64,000 nt of DNA from Candidatus Cloacimonadales bacterium (GCA_963662585.1 OY759729.1:3008001-3072000), one strand, 5' to 3'; positions 48,018 to 61,300 are shown, numbered from the stretch's first letter. Made by a program: numbers and translations. Notes: generated by a model from the sequence alone, not told the origin.

Positions 48018-48332
48018 CTCTTCTCCATGTTTTTTTGATTTAAGTAATAAATAAATTAATGAGAATGTTGTCAAGAACTAGCTTTTCTCTTCATATATCT
48101 CCTAGGTTAAGCCTATTAATGCAGGAAGCTAACTTTAAGTGATATTCCCGTTCGTAACTCATTACTAGCTCCTCGTCACTTGCTCCTTCACACTCAACTT
48201 AAAGATTATTTGGTTTTTTTTTTGAGTTAACATTGATTGAGGAGGGGAGGAGGAAAAGAAGTGAAGAAAAAAAGTAGTAAAAATAACTCTAGTGTGTACC
48301 TTTTTTATATACTCTAAATGCTTTATATTATT

Positions 48333-48364
48333 ATTATAGCCCTACATTCCTGCAGGGCTATAAT
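48333..48364 (-). terminator. Hairpin downstream of 48395..49627, possible terminator
   Basis: attatagccct-acattcctgc-agggctataat, perfect 11 bp stem; no clear T tract. Confidence 0.4.
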
Positions 48365-48394
48365 CTATGTTATAAGTTTATTATCTTTTAAAGG

Positions 48395-49627
48395 TTATTT
48401 TGATAAAACAGCTTTAGAAGTCTGTGTAAAGTTATCTGAAGTTATTCTGAATAAATATGTACCTGATGTACATTTTTGATTATTATCTGTTTTTCCATTC
48501 CATGTCACAGTATGATACTGATTTCCGGCTTTTGTTCCTAAGTTAGAAGTATGAACTTTTTGACCGCGTAAATTGTATATCTCGAATTTAACTTCAGAAT
48601 CATTATTAAGGAAAAATCTTACTGTTGTATCAGGATTAAAAGGATTTGGATAAATTGATTTAATACCAGCAGTATTTTGATAATCAATATCTTCAACATC
48701 TTCACCTATTGCCTGAATAGTCACAATAACAGGTCCATGTATTTGGCTAACATTACTTAATTCTCTACTCTCTAACCAATAGTAATAAGTGGTGTTTGCT
48801 TCTACTCTTTCATCAATGTAAGAGTAAGTGTGATACTCTGAGCTATTAGTTGGGTTGATAGGATTTATGTTAATCTTAACACTTGATTCAAAGTTATCAG
48901 AATCATTTCTGAAGATATTATAACCTAAGAGTTCTGATTCAGTATGAGTTGCCCAATTGATTTGAGCAAAATTTTCCGAAGTTGTAATTGCTGAGAAAGA
49001 AGCCAATTCAACTGGGAGAGTTATTGGATCATAAGTGTAAGTAATTGTTGCTGTTGCTAAAGCTTCAGATTCTAATATGATATCCATATTACTACCACCA
49101 AATACTGAATAATAACTTGAAGTAGTAACACTCATATCCATATTGCTATTTCCAATGAAAGCTGCAAGATTGTTAGTAAACTCATAAACAGAATTGTCAC
49201 TATCATTTAGATCTAAGAAAGTTCTTCCTGAAGGTCCTGCATAATCAACAGTTTCATCGTATATAGCATAATCGAAAAAAATGTCATTAGTTTTAGTAGC
49301 AAAATTTACATCAGAAATAGAATTAGGTAAATTAAACCATAATATTTCACTATTCCCTCTTACTTTGATATTTACAGGAACTTCATTTGTACTTTCAACA
49401 TAGATATCTTGACTTATATCAAATTGAATTGAAAATTCGACTTTAGTTAATGTTCCTAGACTTGAATCAAACTGAGGTAAAGAAACAGTAGCTTCTGATG
49501 CTCCAGCCCAATCCAATGTCTCATAAACAGGGGTTAAACCACTTTGATATCTGGTAAAAGAAACTGTGTCCGCAAAACTACATACAAAAACTAACACTAA
49601 TACAAATACTAATACAACTTTTTTCAT
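48395..49627 (-). CDS. Secreted protein with choice-of-anchor E-like N-terminal domain and FlgD-Ig/T9SS-type CTD
   Basis: Signal peptide; SLPQFDSSLGTLTKV...ATITYTY; TLPVELASF linker domain; YPNPFNPDT...IYNLRGQKV...WNG...SGTY. Confidence 0.75.
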   Translation of the reverse strand: MKKVVLVFVLVLVFVCSFADTVSFTRYQSGLTPVYETLDWAGASEATVSLPQFDSSLGTLTKVEFSIQFDISQDIYVESTNEVPVNIKVRGNSEILWFNLPNSISDVNFATKTNDIFFDYAIYDETVDYAGPSGRTFLDLNDSDNSVYEFTNNLAAFIGNSNMDMSVTTSSYYSVFGGSNMDIILESEALATATITYTYDPITLPVELASFSAITTSENFAQINWATHTESELLGYNIFRNDSDNFESSVKININPINPTNSSEYHTYSYIDERVEANTTYYYWLESRELSNVSQIHGPVIVTIQAIGEDVEDIDYQNTAGIKSIYPNPFNPDTTVRFFLNNDSEVKFEIYNLRGQKVHTSNLGTKAGNQYHTVTWNGKTDNNQKCTSGTYLFRITSDNFTQTSKAVLSK

Positions 49628-49660
49628 CTTAATCTCCTAATCTTTATTAATTTTTATCTA

Positions 49661-50053
49661 TTAATACAAAGAATGCTTGTACTCAATATGTTTAAAACTT
49701 GTTATTGAGGTGTGATTTAGTCCTAAAAATGGGTTACCTACGAAATTCATTAAACAAAAAAAGGACATCATTTTAATGATCTCCTTGGGTGAAAAGCTAT
49801 GCTTATCTCCAACATAGAATATAAAAAATTTTAGTACTTCAAGGGAGGTACTCAAATTGGAAATATTAATATTTAGACTTACCCATTTTACTAAGTTACC
49901 TTCTATATGGTTCAAAGCTTTTTCAGTTATGTAATTAATATAACTATTAAGCCTAGAGTATATATGTTTAGCTACTAAAAAAGAACTATTATGGTTAAAA
50001 ACAACCTCATTATTCTTTAATTTTAAAACACTAAGTGGGTAATTATATTCCAA
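49661..50053 (-). CDS. Hypothetical protein
   Basis: 130 codons open in very AT-rich DNA; TTG start 5 nt after AGGAG; no recognisable motif. Confidence 0.4.
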   Translation of the reverse strand: MEYNYPLSVLKLKNNEVVFNHNSSFLVAKHIYSRLNSYINYITEKALNHIEGNLVKWVSLNINISNLSTSLEVLKFFIFYVGDKHSFSPKEIIKMMSFFCLMNFVGNPFLGLNHTSITSFKHIEYKHSLY

Positions 50054-50480
50054 TATTTCTCCTAAGTAAAGTATTTATCTTACATTTTATGCAGATTAGT
50101 TAATAAAACAAATAATATTTTTATGAAATAATTTTATAACTGTAATATTATTTTTTATTGTAAAATATATTTATATTGCTGTAAAAAAGATATTTACATA
50201 TTGAGAAAGATATTTTAAAATGTTTACAAGTAACTTAAAGCCCACTAAAATGCTATTAATTTGAAATGAATGGTGTCAATGGTCAATAGTAACTCAAGAC
50301 TAATTGATATAAATAGCAATTTTCTCTATGTTAAATGCCTTGGATTACATTATAAATAATTTTTTTAGAAAATATTATTTGTTTTTGTGCCTTCGATGGA
50401 AAGCCTGGCGAAGTTTTATTAACTTGTGGTAGATTTTATGAACAAAAGGAAACCTCATAGAGAAAATTATTCTAAGAAGC

Positions 50481-50514
50481 AAAAAGATCCCTCCTGACTT
50501 AGGAGGGATCTTTT
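50481..50514 (-). terminator. Intrinsic (potentially bidirectional) terminator after 50538..52049
   Basis: aaaaagatccctcct-gactt-aggagggatctttt, 14 bp perfect stem. Confidence 0.85.
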
Positions 50515-50537
50515 ACTTATACTATGTGAAAATACTT

Positions 50538-52049
50538 CTATTTCAACAAAATCATCTTCTTAGTAGAAGAGTATTTTCCACTTTTTAATTTGTATAGATA
50601 TATTCCTGAAGAGACAGGGTGATTATCATCATTAGTGCCTCTCCACACAACTGAATGATTTCCAGCATTTCTGGGACCGTTAACAAGAGTTTTTACCTTT
50701 TGACCAATTATGTTATAAATTTCAAGAGAAACATATTCTGTTTTGTCTAAATTAAATGAGATGGTTGTTTCTGGATTGAAAGGATTCGGGTAATTATCTT
50801 CTAGTCTGATGAAAGCAGGGATTTCATAATCATTACTAACTATTGAAGGCCAACTTACAACATTGGTTGACTCAGACAGACTACCATCGCTAAGTAAACC
50901 TTTTAACCAGAAAGAATAATTAGTGTGGAGTAAATTAGCTTCTTCGAAAAGAAAAGAATCTTCCCAACGATTTAGAATTACAGAGTCGATAATTGTTTCA
51001 TTGTTAAAATCATATTGCCAGTAAAAAATTTGATTTCTACATTCATCATTGGCTACAGCAAGATAACTAGGTGGGAACCACCAAAAAGTATTCTCATAAA
51101 AAGTTAGATTTTTGGGAAAATTATCTTGTTCTACAAATCGGTGGTAAGCAACTTCAATATTGGGAGTTAAATCTATTAGTTTACTGTTATCATATTCATT
51201 ATCATAATCTAAATCATACATGGTGGTTCTTGAACCAGATAATCTAAGTGATCTAAGTAGAGGGGCTTCATTGCCTGTAAACTCATACCAATATCTGTAA
51301 GGGGAGTCGTAACCTGAATCATACATCATATCGACAGCTGTACTTGTAAAGGTATTACCTTCAATATCAATCTCATGAGGACCAACAACATACATGCTAG
51401 AAATCGATAAATAAGGTTCATTCAAGTCATACCAAAATAGGATATTATGAGATAAGAAACTATCACCAGGCTGAGCATCATTATCTAAATAGAGATACTC
51501 TTCATCTAAGATAGTTGTTTCCCAACCGTTTGGTGTGTATTTTTGATAGCCAATTAACATAATATCATTCTCATCATTTTCATAGACTAATTGCTTTATA
51601 AAGATGCTTAAAACAAGATCATGAAAGATAGGGATTACATCATGCCCATTGATTTCCATAATATCATAAGTTATAAAGTGTTGAGGAGCATATCCTGCTT
51701 CTATATGAATATCAATAGTTTGGGAAGGGTTTTCATCAGTTAATGAGATAATCGTTAACTCGTCTGCTGGACCATAAAAAAAATGACCAACAGGTTGAGC
51801 AGAATATGGATTTGAAGAGTATCCATTAATGACATAATTGCCTGGAATTAAATGAAATGTTGAGGGTTGAGAAACTGTACCTGATATTTGAGTAAATTGA
51901 TAAGTATCTAAATTCCAAAGTCTTGCATAATAGCCATTGTTAATCTCTTCAACATCACTTGTTGCATTGATGATAATCTCATATCCTGCTAACAATTGAA
52001 AACTTAATATAAAAATTAAACAAATAAATAATCCTACAAAACGCTTCAT
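50538..52049 (-). CDS. Secreted acidic protein with FlgD-Ig/T9SS-type CTD
   Basis: Signal peptide from MKRFVGLF (ATG 52049 after AGGAG); C-terminal [14 protein letters not shown]...SSGIYLY...KKMILLK. Confidence 0.8.
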   Translation of the reverse strand: MKRFVGLFICLIFILSFQLLAGYEIIINATSDVEEINNGYYARLWNLDTYQFTQISGTVSQPSTFHLIPGNYVINGYSSNPYSAQPVGHFFYGPADELTIISLTDENPSQTIDIHIEAGYAPQHFITYDIMEINGHDVIPIFHDLVLSIFIKQLVYENDENDIMLIGYQKYTPNGWETTILDEEYLYLDNDAQPGDSFLSHNILFWYDLNEPYLSISSMYVVGPHEIDIEGNTFTSTAVDMMYDSGYDSPYRYWYEFTGNEAPLLRSLRLSGSRTTMYDLDYDNEYDNSKLIDLTPNIEVAYHRFVEQDNFPKNLTFYENTFWWFPPSYLAVANDECRNQIFYWQYDFNNETIIDSVILNRWEDSFLFEEANLLHTNYSFWLKGLLSDGSLSESTNVVSWPSIVSNDYEIPAFIRLEDNYPNPFNPETTISFNLDKTEYVSLEIYNIIGQKVKTLVNGPRNAGNHSVVWRGTNDDNHPVSSGIYLYKLKSGKYSSTKKMILLK

Positions 52050-52086
52050 TATGCATCTCCTTTTTGATATTACATTTATTAAACAA

Positions 52087-52114
52087 ATTATATAAAACAA
52101 AATTTAGTTGTCAA
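52087..52114 (-). promoter_or_regulatory. Consensus sigma70 promoter
   Basis: TTGACA (52114-52109)-16 nt-TATAAT (52092-52087), upstream of ATG 52049. Confidence 0.7.
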
Positions 52115-52197
52115 GTACAATAATTAATAGATTACTAGCTTTATTTAATCTTTATTTTGATCATTTAAAATATAAGCCATTTTTTTAAATAAAAATT

Positions 52198-52231
52198 GAG
52201 TAGGGATGGTGCTAACGCACCATCCCTACTC
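52198..52231. repeat. Perfect 15 bp-stem palindrome (GTAG-type REP-like, may also act as terminator)
   Basis: gagtagggatggtgc-taac-gcaccatccctactc; the minus strand continues aattttt. Confidence 0.7.
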
Positions 52232-52250
52232 GAGTATTTTTATTTAGGGA

Positions 52251-52345
52251 GATGCCTGCAAGGATGCAAACTTTCCCAGTTAAGATGCCTTCAGGATGAA
52301 GGCGTTCCCAGTTGAGATGCCTGCAAGGATGCAAGCGCTCCCAGT
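52251..52345. repeat. Three tandem CTGGGA-tagged REP-like units (32-33 bp)
   Basis: gatgcctgcaaggatgcaaactttcccagttaa / gatgccttcaggatgaaggcgttcccagttga / gatgcctgcaaggatgcaagcgctcccagt. Confidence 0.85.
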
Positions 52346-52361
52346 GGGAACTCCCAGTTTT

Positions 52362-55300
52362 TTATTTCATGAGACTACATTTATGAATTTTATTCACACC
52401 ATTACTAGACAATCTGAAGAAGTAAACGCCTGAAGAGACAAGTCTGCCACTTTCATCTTCACCATTCCAGATAATAGTATGACTGCCTGACTTCATAGTT
52501 CCATTCACAAGGCTCTTAACAAGCTGTCCTTTCATGTTATAAACATTCATTGATACGAAACCATCTTTAGCAATTTGGAAGCTTAATCTAGTTTCTGGAT
52601 TGAATGGGTTAGGATAGTTTCCATTGATAGTAGTCAAAGCAAATGTATCTTCTGTACTATTGTCTGTAACTATATCAGAGATAGTAGCTTCAGAATAGAG
52701 AGTAGTATTGCTTTGAAGATTTCTATAAACAGAAACGACAGCCCAACGATAGTCACCACTAGCGAGTTCAGAAATATCATCAGTGAGTGAAGTTTCAGTA
52801 ATGAGTGTATCAATAGTTACCCATAGTTGAGGTTGATTAACATCATCAGCGTTCATGGCATAGAGCTTATAACCTACTAAACCAAAGTTATCACTTGGAG
52901 CATCCCAACTAAGCACGATGTTATTGTCAGTAACATTTAGGCTAGGGTTGAGGGCTGGATAAGCAATAACAAGAGAGTAATCAAGAGTTACTGAGAATGC
53001 TACAAGTTCATTTTCATAGATAGATTTAACATAGAAAGAATAATCTCCATTTGCTTGATCAGTAAAGATGTATTCAGTGTTCTCGGTAGTTGCTATCATT
53101 GTGTCATTTTGATAAACTTGATAATTAACAAAGCCTAAAGTATTAAGAGGTTCAGTCCATGTCAAAGTAAGGTCATCATTATCAGCAGTAACAGCTAGAT
53201 CAGTAACAGGCATTTGAATGATAAGAGCAAGATCATTAATACTAATAATCTTATCTTCTTGAATTGATGAATCATAGTTAGCTATAATATCATAGTTGTA
53301 AATACCAGCTAAAAGATCTTCATCAAAATAAGAAGTAGTATTAGCATCAAGAACTATTTCTAGTCTGCTTGCTTCAGCACTTTGGGTTCTGATAATAGTA
53401 ATATTTTCTAAGCCATAGGTGTCTGAAGGAGTATCCCAGTTTAGTGATATATCATTTTCTGTAACTTCAGCACTAGCGTTAATTACAGGATAAGTTCTCA
53501 CAAGTTCATAGCTAAGAGTTTCACTGAATTCAGAAGTGATTTCACTGTAACTAGTTCTAATAAGGAAATCATAGTTTCCATTAGCTAAATCCAGCTCATA
53601 ACTAGTATCAGTGGTAGAAGCTAAGAATTCTGTATTATTAAAGATATCAAAACCTATAAAGGCATATTCTGTTCCAGTAAAGTCCCAAGATAAGTTAACT
53701 GTTTCATTAGCTGAAATAGTTAAGTTGGTTGGAGAAACCGGAATAAGGAAGTTTATTGCTTCTGAAAGAACACTTACTGTTGCTCCATTAAGATAAACTG
53801 ATTTGATAGTATATTGATAAAGTCCATTTTCAGGAATATTATTAACAAAACCAGTTGCACCAGCATAAAGAGTCATAATAAACTGCTCATTACGGAATAC
53901 TTTATAGTGTTGGAATCCATACATATCAAGAGGAGAATCCCAAGCTACAACAATGCTTTCACCATCAATAGTAGCAGTGAGGTTAGTAACTGCTTGAGCT
54001 TGAATATAAGAAACTGTAATAGCAGGTGATATTGGGTTATTTATAGTGTCATTGTAGTAAGTCATTACTTGATAACTATAATCACCATTCATTAAATCAA
54101 CATCGGAATAGCTATTTTCTTGAGTAGTAGCGATAAGAACATTATTTCTATATACATTATATGATGTGATAAGACCAGTATCAAGAGGGTAATCCCAACT
54201 TAGAACTAAATCATTACCAATCATGGTACTAGAAACATTAGATACCATTTGTGCTACTAAGACAACTAAACTAACAGGTGTTGATTCTTCAGAAGAAGCA
54301 AAATCAAAGTTTGCTTTTACAGTATATTCATAAACTTCGTTAGTTAAGCCAGTTTCTGAATAAGAAGTATTACTTGTATTAGCAATTTCTTGACCATTCT
54401 TATAGACAGTGTAATCAACCAATCTTCCCCAAGGACTAAGGTCTTCCCAAGTTAAACTGATACTATTATTTACAACTGAAGATTCAGATATTTGTGGAAT
54501 ATAACTTTTCATTATATCAGCATAAGCAGGGTTACTTAGTTCAGAAACTAAGTTATTATATACTGCTCTAATAGTATAAGTATAGAGTGCATTGGTGAGA
54601 GCCTGATCAGTGTATTCAACTTGTGCTACATTACTAATATAGCTAAGTTCTTGACCATTTCTGTTAATGATAAAGGCAGTTTCTCCATTATTAGGAGCTT
54701 CCCAAGTTAAAACAACATCATTACCATTTGTAATAGTTGCTGTTAAGTTTGTAGGAGTGTCAGTGGATGCTATATTAGCGATAACACTATTAGATGGGGA
54801 AGATGTTCCTTCAGGATAGACAGCTTTAACAAAGTATTGGTATGAACCATTAGCGAGGTCAAGATCCCAATAGCTATTATCGGTAGTGGAAGCAATTTCC
54901 ATATTATCTTTGAAGATTAAATAGTTAATTACTTCATCAGCAGGAATGTCCCATGTTAAATGAACATCACTTGCATCTTCAACGAATAGTTGAAGGTTAG
55001 TTGGAGCAAAGAGGTCAGGTAGAATCTCAATGTTAACGCTAACATGGTTAGATTCAACTGAGATACCTGCATCATATACTGCCTTGAGATAATAATCATA
55101 ATCGCCATTAGCAAGAGAATTATCAGTCCAAGTTGTAGTTGCAGGGTTATCTATAACTGCTTCGATAGCATTATTTCTATAGATAAAATATCCTCTGAAA
55201 GCTCTAGTTTGAGCACTAATAGCAGGAATGTCCCAAGTAAGAGTAACATTATTTTCATCTACGCTAGCTGAAAGGCTTGTTACTGGATAGGTGATTTCGA

Positions 55301-58300
55301 CGAAGAAATCAACACTATTAGTTGGATTAGATTCTCCACTAGTATAGTTAGCAGTGATATAGTAAGAATGGTTTCCGTTAGCTAAGTTAGAATCTACAAA
55401 AGAAGTCTCTGTAGTAGAATCTATAAGTTCATTATTACGATAGATATTATAGCCTAAGAAGTTTCTATATAGTTCAGAAGGAGTATCCCATGAGAGAGTA
55501 ACTTCGTCATTAAGGAGACTACCTGTAAGGTTACTAGCAGGATAGAGAACTTCGATATTAACATTCACTTCATTTGAAGCTTCAGAATCGCCAGAAGTAT
55601 ATTCAGCTTTAACACTATAAGTATAGTCTCCATTAGCTAAATCACTATCTGTATAGCTTAGTTCAGTTAAAGAAGTTAAAAGTTCTTGGTCTTTAAATAA
55701 CTTATAACCAATAAAGCCTCTATAGGAAGCATTAGGTTGATCCCAATTAAGGGTAACACTATTTCCCATAACACTATAGGTAAGGTTATTAGGAACATAG
55801 AGTACTTCAACTATTGCTTCAACACTATTAGAAGGAGCAGATTCTCCTGAAGTATATACAGCAGTAACGAAATAAGAATATGTTGCGTTAGCCAAGGCTT
55901 GATCTGAATAATTTAAGTCTTCAGAGTTGGCAATAATCTCACCATCTCTATAGATATTATAAGATAGTAGGGCTCTTGGGGAATTAGCTGGTAAGTCCCA
56001 AGTTAAGTTAACAACATCTGCTGTAACTTGAGCTGATAGATTATTAGCTGGGTAAGTAATCTCAACAAAGAAGTCTAAGATATCAGAAGCGATTGAATAA
56101 CCATTATTATAGTTAGCAACCACGCTGTATTCATAACTACCATTTGCTAAAGCAGAATCCAAATAGCTTAGTTCTGTTACGGTATCATATAATTCACTAT
56201 TTCTATAGAGTGAATAAGATAAAACAGAATTACCTGCAAATGAGTTGTTCTCCCAAGCAAGATTTACCTCTGTTTCTGTTAAAGAACCTGTGAAGTTAAT
56301 TACAGGGTAAAGAACTTCAATGATTACCGAAGCAGTTAAGGCTTCAGAAATACCAGTAGAATAACTAGCTTCAACTTTATATTCATAACTATTATTGATA
56401 AGATCAAGGTCATTATAAGAAGTAGCTGAAGCATCAGAGAAGATAAGTTCGTTATCTCTATATAGGTTATAGCCTAAGAATCCTCTACTAGAAGTAGGAG
56501 CAGCATTCCAGCTAACAAGAACATTATTATTTTCTACCAAGCAATTCAAGTCTTGTGGAGCGTAAAGAACTTCAACTAAACCTGAAACAGCTTCAGCAAG
56601 TTCAGATGAACCTGTTAGATAATTTACAGCAAGGCTATATTCATAGCTAGCATTAGCTAAAGCTTGGTCAAAGTAGCTTAACTCAGCCACATTACCAATA
56701 TTTTGTCCATCTCTATAGATAGTATAATCTATAATAGAAGCACCACTCATAACATTAGTTTCCCAAGTAAGAGTAGCATCATCTTCGAAAATCTCTAGAG
56801 CTAAGTTCATAGCAGGATAGAGAACTTCAACTAAGATTGAGGTAGATACTTCGATTGATTCACCTGAAGTATATACTGCCTTTACTGCATAGTTATAAGT
56901 ATTATTATACAAGTTACTATCAGTGTAGCTGGTTTCAGTAACACTAGCAATTTCTTCATTATCTCTAAGGATAGTATAGCTTAAAAGGTTTCTAGCTGAA
57001 GTTGCAGGAATATCCCAAGTAAGAGTGACATCATTCTCTTCAACACTTGAAACTAAGTTTTGGATAGGGTAAGGAACTTCAACAAAGGCTTCTACACTAT
57101 TAGAAGGATCTGATTCTCCTGAAGTATAGATAGCTGTAACGAAATATGAGTATGTTCCATTTGCTAAGAAAGTATCTGAATAAGTTAATTCTTCAGAATT
57201 ACCTACAATTTCACCATCTCTATAGATATTGTAAGATAGTAGTGCTCTAGGTGAATTAGCTGGTAAATCCCAAGTTAAGTTAACAATATCAGCTGTAACT
57301 TGTGCAGTTAGATTATTAGCCGGGTAAGTGATTTCAACGAAGAAATCTAAGATCTCAGAAGCAATTGCAGAACCATTATTATAGTTAGCAACTACACTGT
57401 ATTCATAATTACCATTTGCTAAAGCAGAATCTAAGAAACTAAGTTCAGTTTGACTAGCATATAATTCGTTATTTCTATAAAGTGAATAGGAAAGAACTGT
57501 ATTACCTGCAAGAGGGTCATTTTCCCATGCAAGGCTAATCTCTGTTTCTGTTAAAGAACCAGTGAAGTTAATTACAGGGTAAAGAACTTCAATAGTTACT
57601 GAAGCAGTTAAGGCTTCAGAAATACCAGTAGAATAACTAGCTTCTACTTTATATTCATAATTATTATTGATAAGATTTAGGTCATTATAAGAAGTAGCTG
57701 AAGCATCAGAGAAGATAAGTTCGTTATCTCTATATAGGTTATAGCCTAAGAAACCTCTACTTGAAGTAGCTGCTGCTTCCCAGCTTATAAGAACACTGTT
57801 ACCATCAACAAGACAGTTTAAATCTTCTGGTGCGTAGAGAACTTCCACTAAGGCTGAAACAGCTTCAGAAAGTTCAGATGTACCAGTAAGATAATTTACA
57901 GCTACATTATATTGGTAATCACCATTTGCTAAAGCTTGGTCAAGGTAGCTTAATTCAGTAATATTACCAATATTCTCTTCATTTCTATAGATAGTATAAT
58001 CAATGATAGAATTACCACTCATAGGATTACTTTCCCAAGTAAGACTAGCATCATCTTCCATAATATCTAAAGCTAGGTTAATAGCGGGATAGAGAACTTC
58101 GACATTGGCAGTTACAGAGTTTGTTGCTTCTGAATCACCAGAACTATATTGAGCTTTAACACTATAAGAGTAGTCACCATTCATTAAGTTATTATCTGTA
58201 TAGGTAAGTTCGGTTAAAGAAGTTAAAAGCTCTTCGCCTTTGAATAATTTATAACCGATAAAGCCTCTATACATAGAATTAGGTTCTTCCCAGTTGAGGA

Positions 58301-61300
58301 TTACGCTATCGTCAACAACATCATAAGTGAGATTGTTTGGAGCATAAAGCAATTCTATAGTTACATTCACAATAGCAGGTGCTGATGCTTGCTCAAAACT
58401 ATTTATTGCCCTAACTTGATACTCGTGAATTCCGTTAGGAAGATTCATATCTGTGTAGGATAAATCAGTAACGATATCAAGGACAAGGTCATTTCTTGAA
58501 ATTTCATAGCCCATTATATCAGAAGCAAAAGGATGACTTTGCCATGTAAGTGTGACATTGTTACTTTCAAGGGTGTAAGCCAAGTTATTTACAGGATAGA
58601 GAACATTTATTATAGCAGTTACAGGCTCACTCAATTCTGAAAGGCCACTAGCATAAACTGCTTTTACTGCAATCTCATAAGTTCCATTAGCAATAGATTC
58701 AGATTGGTAAGAGTTATCTTCGATAATCGCTATTTGTTCATCATCCATAAAGATCTGATATTCAACAATACTTGAACCTGCTAAAGGGTTATCTTCCCAT
58801 GTAACTGTGAAAGTACTATTATCTACTTGAACAAGCAAATCAGTTACTGCATAATAAATCTCGATAAGAGTTGCTTCTGGAGAAGTTGGTGCAGATTGAC
58901 CACTTTCATAGTTACTAGTGATAGTATAGGAATAATTATTATTTACTAAATCGTTATCGCTGTAAGAAGTACTAGTTACTTGAGCGATAACCTGATTATT
59001 TCTATAGACATTATAGTTAAGGATACCTGTGGCATCAGTTGGGGCTCCCCAAGTGAGTTCAACATTGTTCCCTAAAGTATTTAAGGTGAAATTAAGAGGA
59101 GTGTATTTAACTTCTATAATAGGGTTAACTATATTAGAAGCTTCTGAATCTCCATTAGTATAAGTCGCTACTACGAAAATTGAGTAGCTACCATTGGCGA
59201 GTCCTGTAAGAGTATAAGAAGTATTCTCAATCTCGTCTTGATACAACTCTTCGTTAACAAAGACTTTGTAGTTTGAGAGAGCTCTACTTGAAATTGCAGG
59301 AGCATTCCAGTTAAGTTGGATAGAGTCATCAAGAACATTAGCTACTAATCCAGTTACAGGATAAGTAACACTAACTTCAGCATTAACAGTAGCTGAAGCA
59401 AGAGAATTACCTGAATCAGAGTTGTTTCTAGTAATAATGTAGTAAGAATGAATTCCATTAGCTAAATTTGTGTCATTATAGCTAAGGTCTGAGGTCTCAG
59501 CAATATAGGCATTATCTCTGTATATTCTAAATATAGGAGTACCAGTATATTGATAATCCCAAGTTAATAAAACATCGTCTTCAGTTACAGCAGAGGTAAG
59601 GTCAGAAACAGGGTAAGGATATTCAATTTGAATAGTTTCACTGTTTACTGCTTCCGCAAGTCCGTTACTATAGATAGCTATAACACTATAACTATATTCG
59701 CCATCTTCTAAAGCTGAATCGGTATATGTTAACTCACTAGTAGTTGTTAAAATATCGCCATTTCTAAGAAGTCTAAAGTTCTCGATGCTTTGGCCACTAT
59801 AACTACTAATATCCCAGGTAAGAACTATATTATTTCTAGTCTGAACACTAGCAGTTAAATCTTCAATAGGATACTGATTGATTAAATCAATGCTTATAGT
59901 ATTTGAAGCTACGGAAGATTCATTAGTATAATTAACAACAATATAGTATTCATAAGAGGCATTGATAAGATCAGAATCTGTATATGTTAAGGCACTAGTT
60001 GTAGCTATTGAAGTATTATTTCTAAAGAGTTCATAATTCACTAAACTTCTTTCATTTTCTGTGAAAGCAGGTCTTTCCCAAGTAAAAGTGATATCATTAT
60101 CTTCTATTGAATGTTCTAATTCTGTAACAGGATGAGGGAATTCTAAGTCAAAAGAGATAGTCTCTGAAGCCTCTGAAAATCCTGTGCTATACTCAGCAAC
60201 TACTGAATATTCATAATAACCATTACTCAAAGCTAGATCTTCATAAAAAAGCTCTGTAGTTGTGACATATTCAACATCGTTGCGATAAAGATGATATTGG
60301 ATTAATTCTCTTGATAGAGTTCCTGCTTCCCATGAAATAGTAGCATTCTGTCCATCTATACTATAAGCCAAGTTTTGCGGAGCATATAGAACTTCAACAG
60401 TAACTTGATCTTCTACTAAAACAGATAATCCTGAATTATATTCTGCTGCCATAGCGAATGTGTAAGTACCATTCATAAGACCATTAATTGTGTAAGTTGT
60501 TGTAGCAGTATTCTCGATATTAGTAATAAATTCACCATTTTCATAGATCTTATATCTTAAAAGACCTCTGGAAGCTCCACCTTGAACTGCAGGAATTGCC
60601 CAATTAAGTTGGACATTGCTACCGTTAGCTGTGGCAACAAAGTTTCTTGGAGGGTAGGCGTAAGCAATTTCTACACTTTCAGTTTCAGAGAAATCTGACT
60701 CTATTCCTTCATAGATTGCTGTAACTTGATAATTATAATTGCCATTAGCAAGGTTATAATCGAAGAAACTAGGGTTTTCTGTATTATAAACAGAAGCAAC
60801 AACATTTCCATTTCTATAAACTTTGTATTGGTCTAGGAGATTTGCTGCAGAAGGATAGCCCCATGTTAATTGAACACTAACCCCACTAACAACAGTACTC
60901 TGGACATTTATAGGACTTAGTAAAACCATTACATTGACTGTAACAGCTAAAGAAGGACCTGATGATTGGAAGTTATTAATAGTTTTAATTGTATAAATAT
61001 AACTACCATTAGGCAAATCTTCATCATTATAATCGGTTGTTGTTTCATCAGTAATTTCAGCCAATAACTCATTATTTCGGTATATTTTATATCCAGAAAT
61101 AAAAGGAGTTACTGGAGCAGTCCACTCTAGATGAACATTATTACCATCATATAAGGTAGCAGTCAAATTAGATGGTGGAGGTAATGTACCGATAGTAATA
61201 TTAAGAATAGGAGTAGGGGAGGATTCCACACCATCATAAAGAGCAGTTACCCGGAAAGTATAAGCCCCCTCTTCTAGTGGTAGTGTAAATTCAGTATCAG

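Noticed and set aside
48165..48275. Pyrimidine-rich and purine-rich tracts upstream of mfd as a structured RNA
   Set aside because: Only loose low-complexity complementarity; no recognisable riboswitch or ncRNA motif.
370..54029. Short antisense or nested ORFs in the track (e.g. 370..738, 2970..3353, 7336..7728, 12820..13239, 30221..30490, 35810..36079, 42400..42744, 53611..54029)
   Set aside because: Shadows of well-supported genes on the opposite strand or in another frame, with no recognisable motifs.
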